In this document: in pieces, positions 61,990-64,000 of the stretch
How the letters are laid out: every line of letters starts with the position of its first letter
Numbering within the stretch: position 1 is the stretch's first letter
Assembly (NCBI RefSeq): GCF_963921235.1
Contig: NC_086097.1
Location: 29,204,001-29,268,000, forward strand
Source: Mobula hypostoma
Taxonomy: Eukaryota
Reading direction: 5' to 3'
Length of the DNA: 64,000 nucleotides
Translations under genes and position numbers: made by a program
Notes under the pieces: generated by a model
Told to the model about the DNA's origin: nothing
Seen by the model: only the letters and a program-made list of their open reading frames with translations
The model's database searches: none

Positions 61990-62980
61990 AATGTTATAGT
62001 AAGAGATGTCAAAATATTACAGCAAGTGGTTTAATATTTCAATATTACTGTGCTAGTTATTGTATAACAAAATGTTACAGAGAATTAGTGCATTGATATT
62101 ACACTGAAAGATTTAATATATCAATAGTAATTTAATACATGTGCCGTGAGAGATTTGGCATATCGTTACAGTGAGAGATTTAATATGTCAAGTTTACTGT
62201 CAGAGGTGAAGTAATCAATGTTGCAATCAGAAATTTACTGCCCTAACATTAGAGTGAGTATTAACACATTAATATTATAGTAGTTTAGTGATTCAATGTT
62301 GCAGTAAGAGCTTTAAACTATCAGAATTCTACAGTGAGTGATTTAATATACCAATGTTACAGCATGAGATATTGCATATTAGAACATCACAGTGAGAGAT
62401 TTAATATGTCACTATTACAGGTGTGAGGTGTGTTATAATGTTACAGTGAGACATGTGATGTATCAATGCTACAGTGAGAGATTCCTTATATTAAGAAGAA
62501 AGAAAGATTAGCTTTATTTGTCACACGCACATCGAACATCAAATCATACAGTGAACTGCATCATTTGCGTCAGTGACCAGCAGAGTTGGAGGATGTGCTG
62601 GGGGCAGCCCCCAGGTGTGGCCATGATTCTGGCGCCAACATAGCATGCCCACGACTCACTAACCCCTACTTCTTTGGAGTGTGGGAGAAAACGTGAGCAG
62701 CCAGAAGAAACCCACATGGTCACGGGGACAACATACAAGCTCCTTGCAGACAGCAGTGGCAATTGAACCCAGATTGCTGATTGCTGGTGCTGTAAACTGT
62801 TGCGATAAGCACTACGTTACCGGGATTACGAATATTAGAATCAAACAGTCAGATAATTTATATATCAAGGGTACAGACAGAGATTTAGTGTATCACAGTA
62901 TTGCAGTCAGAGATTTAACTCTTTGATATTACAGTGAGCAATTTAATATATCAATGTTACAACGACATACTTAATGTATC
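61990..62980. repeat. Degenerate AT-rich tandem repeat of about 28 bp, interrupted by a SINE (about 62495-62820)
   Basis: Recurrent variants of aatgttacagtgagagatttaatatatc on both sides of the SINE. Confidence 0.8.
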
Positions 62981-63641
62981 TCCAAAACTCTGAAGTGATT
63001 CTAAGACCTACAGATTCACTGTCAGACTCCTCATAACTCACGCGCTCAGTATTATTTATTTATTTTTTATTTGCGACTTTTGTCTTTGTTGGCATATTGG
63101 TTGTTTGTCAGTCTTTGCTCATGTATGGTTCTTCGTAGAATCTGTTGGATTTCTTTATTTTTCCTGTAAGTTCCTGATATGCTATGTAGGACTAGATGTT
63201 ACTATCCCTTCTTTGTGCTCCTGAGACGTGCTGCCTGGACTCTGTGGGGTGGCCAAGTGAGAGGTGGCATCTCCTGGATTACCAAGAGGGCTCCCTCTTT
63301 CCTCAGTGTTTCGCTGATAGGCCCACGACACCTCCGGAGGGTTCGGCAGTGAATCCTGGCGTCCCGGGCTCACCCCCCAGATGCCTTTCACTCACCTGGG
63401 GGCCCAGATGGAATCCTTTCCCTTCACCCAGAGCCAGTGACTACCCTCTTCAGCAGCTCTGGAGAGGGCTTTGACTGCTTGTTGGTGTGTCTTCCCTCAC
63501 ACTCCCGACTCCCGGAGTAGCCTTGATGTTGATGTGGCTACAAATCCTCTGCGGCCTACTTCGACCGGTCGGACCCTTGCCTTCCAGCCTCATTGTTGCA
63601 CATTGGCTGCAAGCTCAGCTTACCTCAGCTTCTTGCACTCG

Positions 63642-64000
63642 TAGGCCTCCTCCACTGGGCCTCCTCCACTAGGCCTCCTCCACTGCATCCTCCACTGGGC
63701 CTCCTCCACTGCATCCTCCACTGGGCCTCCTCCACTAGGCCTGCTCCACTGGGCCTCCTCCACTGTCCTCCACTGGGCCTCCTCCACTGGGCATCCTCCA
63801 CTAGGCCTCCTCCACTGGGCCTCCTCCACTAGGCCTCCTCCACTGGGCCTCCTCCACTGGGCCTCCTCCACTACATCCTCCACTGCATCCTCCACTGGAC
63901 CTCCTCCACTAGGCCTCCTCCACTGGGCCTCCTCCACTAGGCCTCCTCCACTAGGCCTCCTCCACTGCATCCTCCACTAGGCCTCCTCCACTGCATCCTC
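63642..64000. repeat. 14/12-bp GC-rich minisatellite running off the window end
   Basis: Units ggcctcctccact(g/a) and gcatcctccact. Confidence 0.96.

Noticed and set aside
63593..63970. ORFs in the terminal repeat
   Set aside because: Translations of a 12/14-bp minisatellite.

Overview
Vertebrate non-coding DNA made mostly of nested transposable elements. The repeat set (HER1/CR1-type LINEs with an SGNH-esterase ORF1, HE1/V-type tRNA SINEs, Rex1/Babar LINEs, Penelope-like elements, RTE derivatives, Tc1/mariner and Tigger-like DNA elements) points to a cartilaginous fish, probably a ray; that assignment is inference. I recognised no host gene, rRNA, true tRNA or CRISPR array, and nearly all listed ORFs are TE-derived or spurious. 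Main structures: (1) a full-length CR1 LINE (37111-41687, minus strand) with intact ORF1 and an ORF2 broken only by four nonsense codons; (2) about 11 copies of a minimal hammerhead-ribozyme motif in Penelope-like terminal repeats, one with an intact core inside a TSD-flanked foldback insertion; (3) two multi-layer nests that give a relative TE chronology; (4) minisatellites born inside TEs; (5) an inverted duplication that includes non-TE sequence. The sequence alone does not demonstrate a new biological system. The hammerhead-bearing foldback elements are the best lead. Family names come from motif recognition by eye, not database searches, and boundaries of old fragments are approximate.
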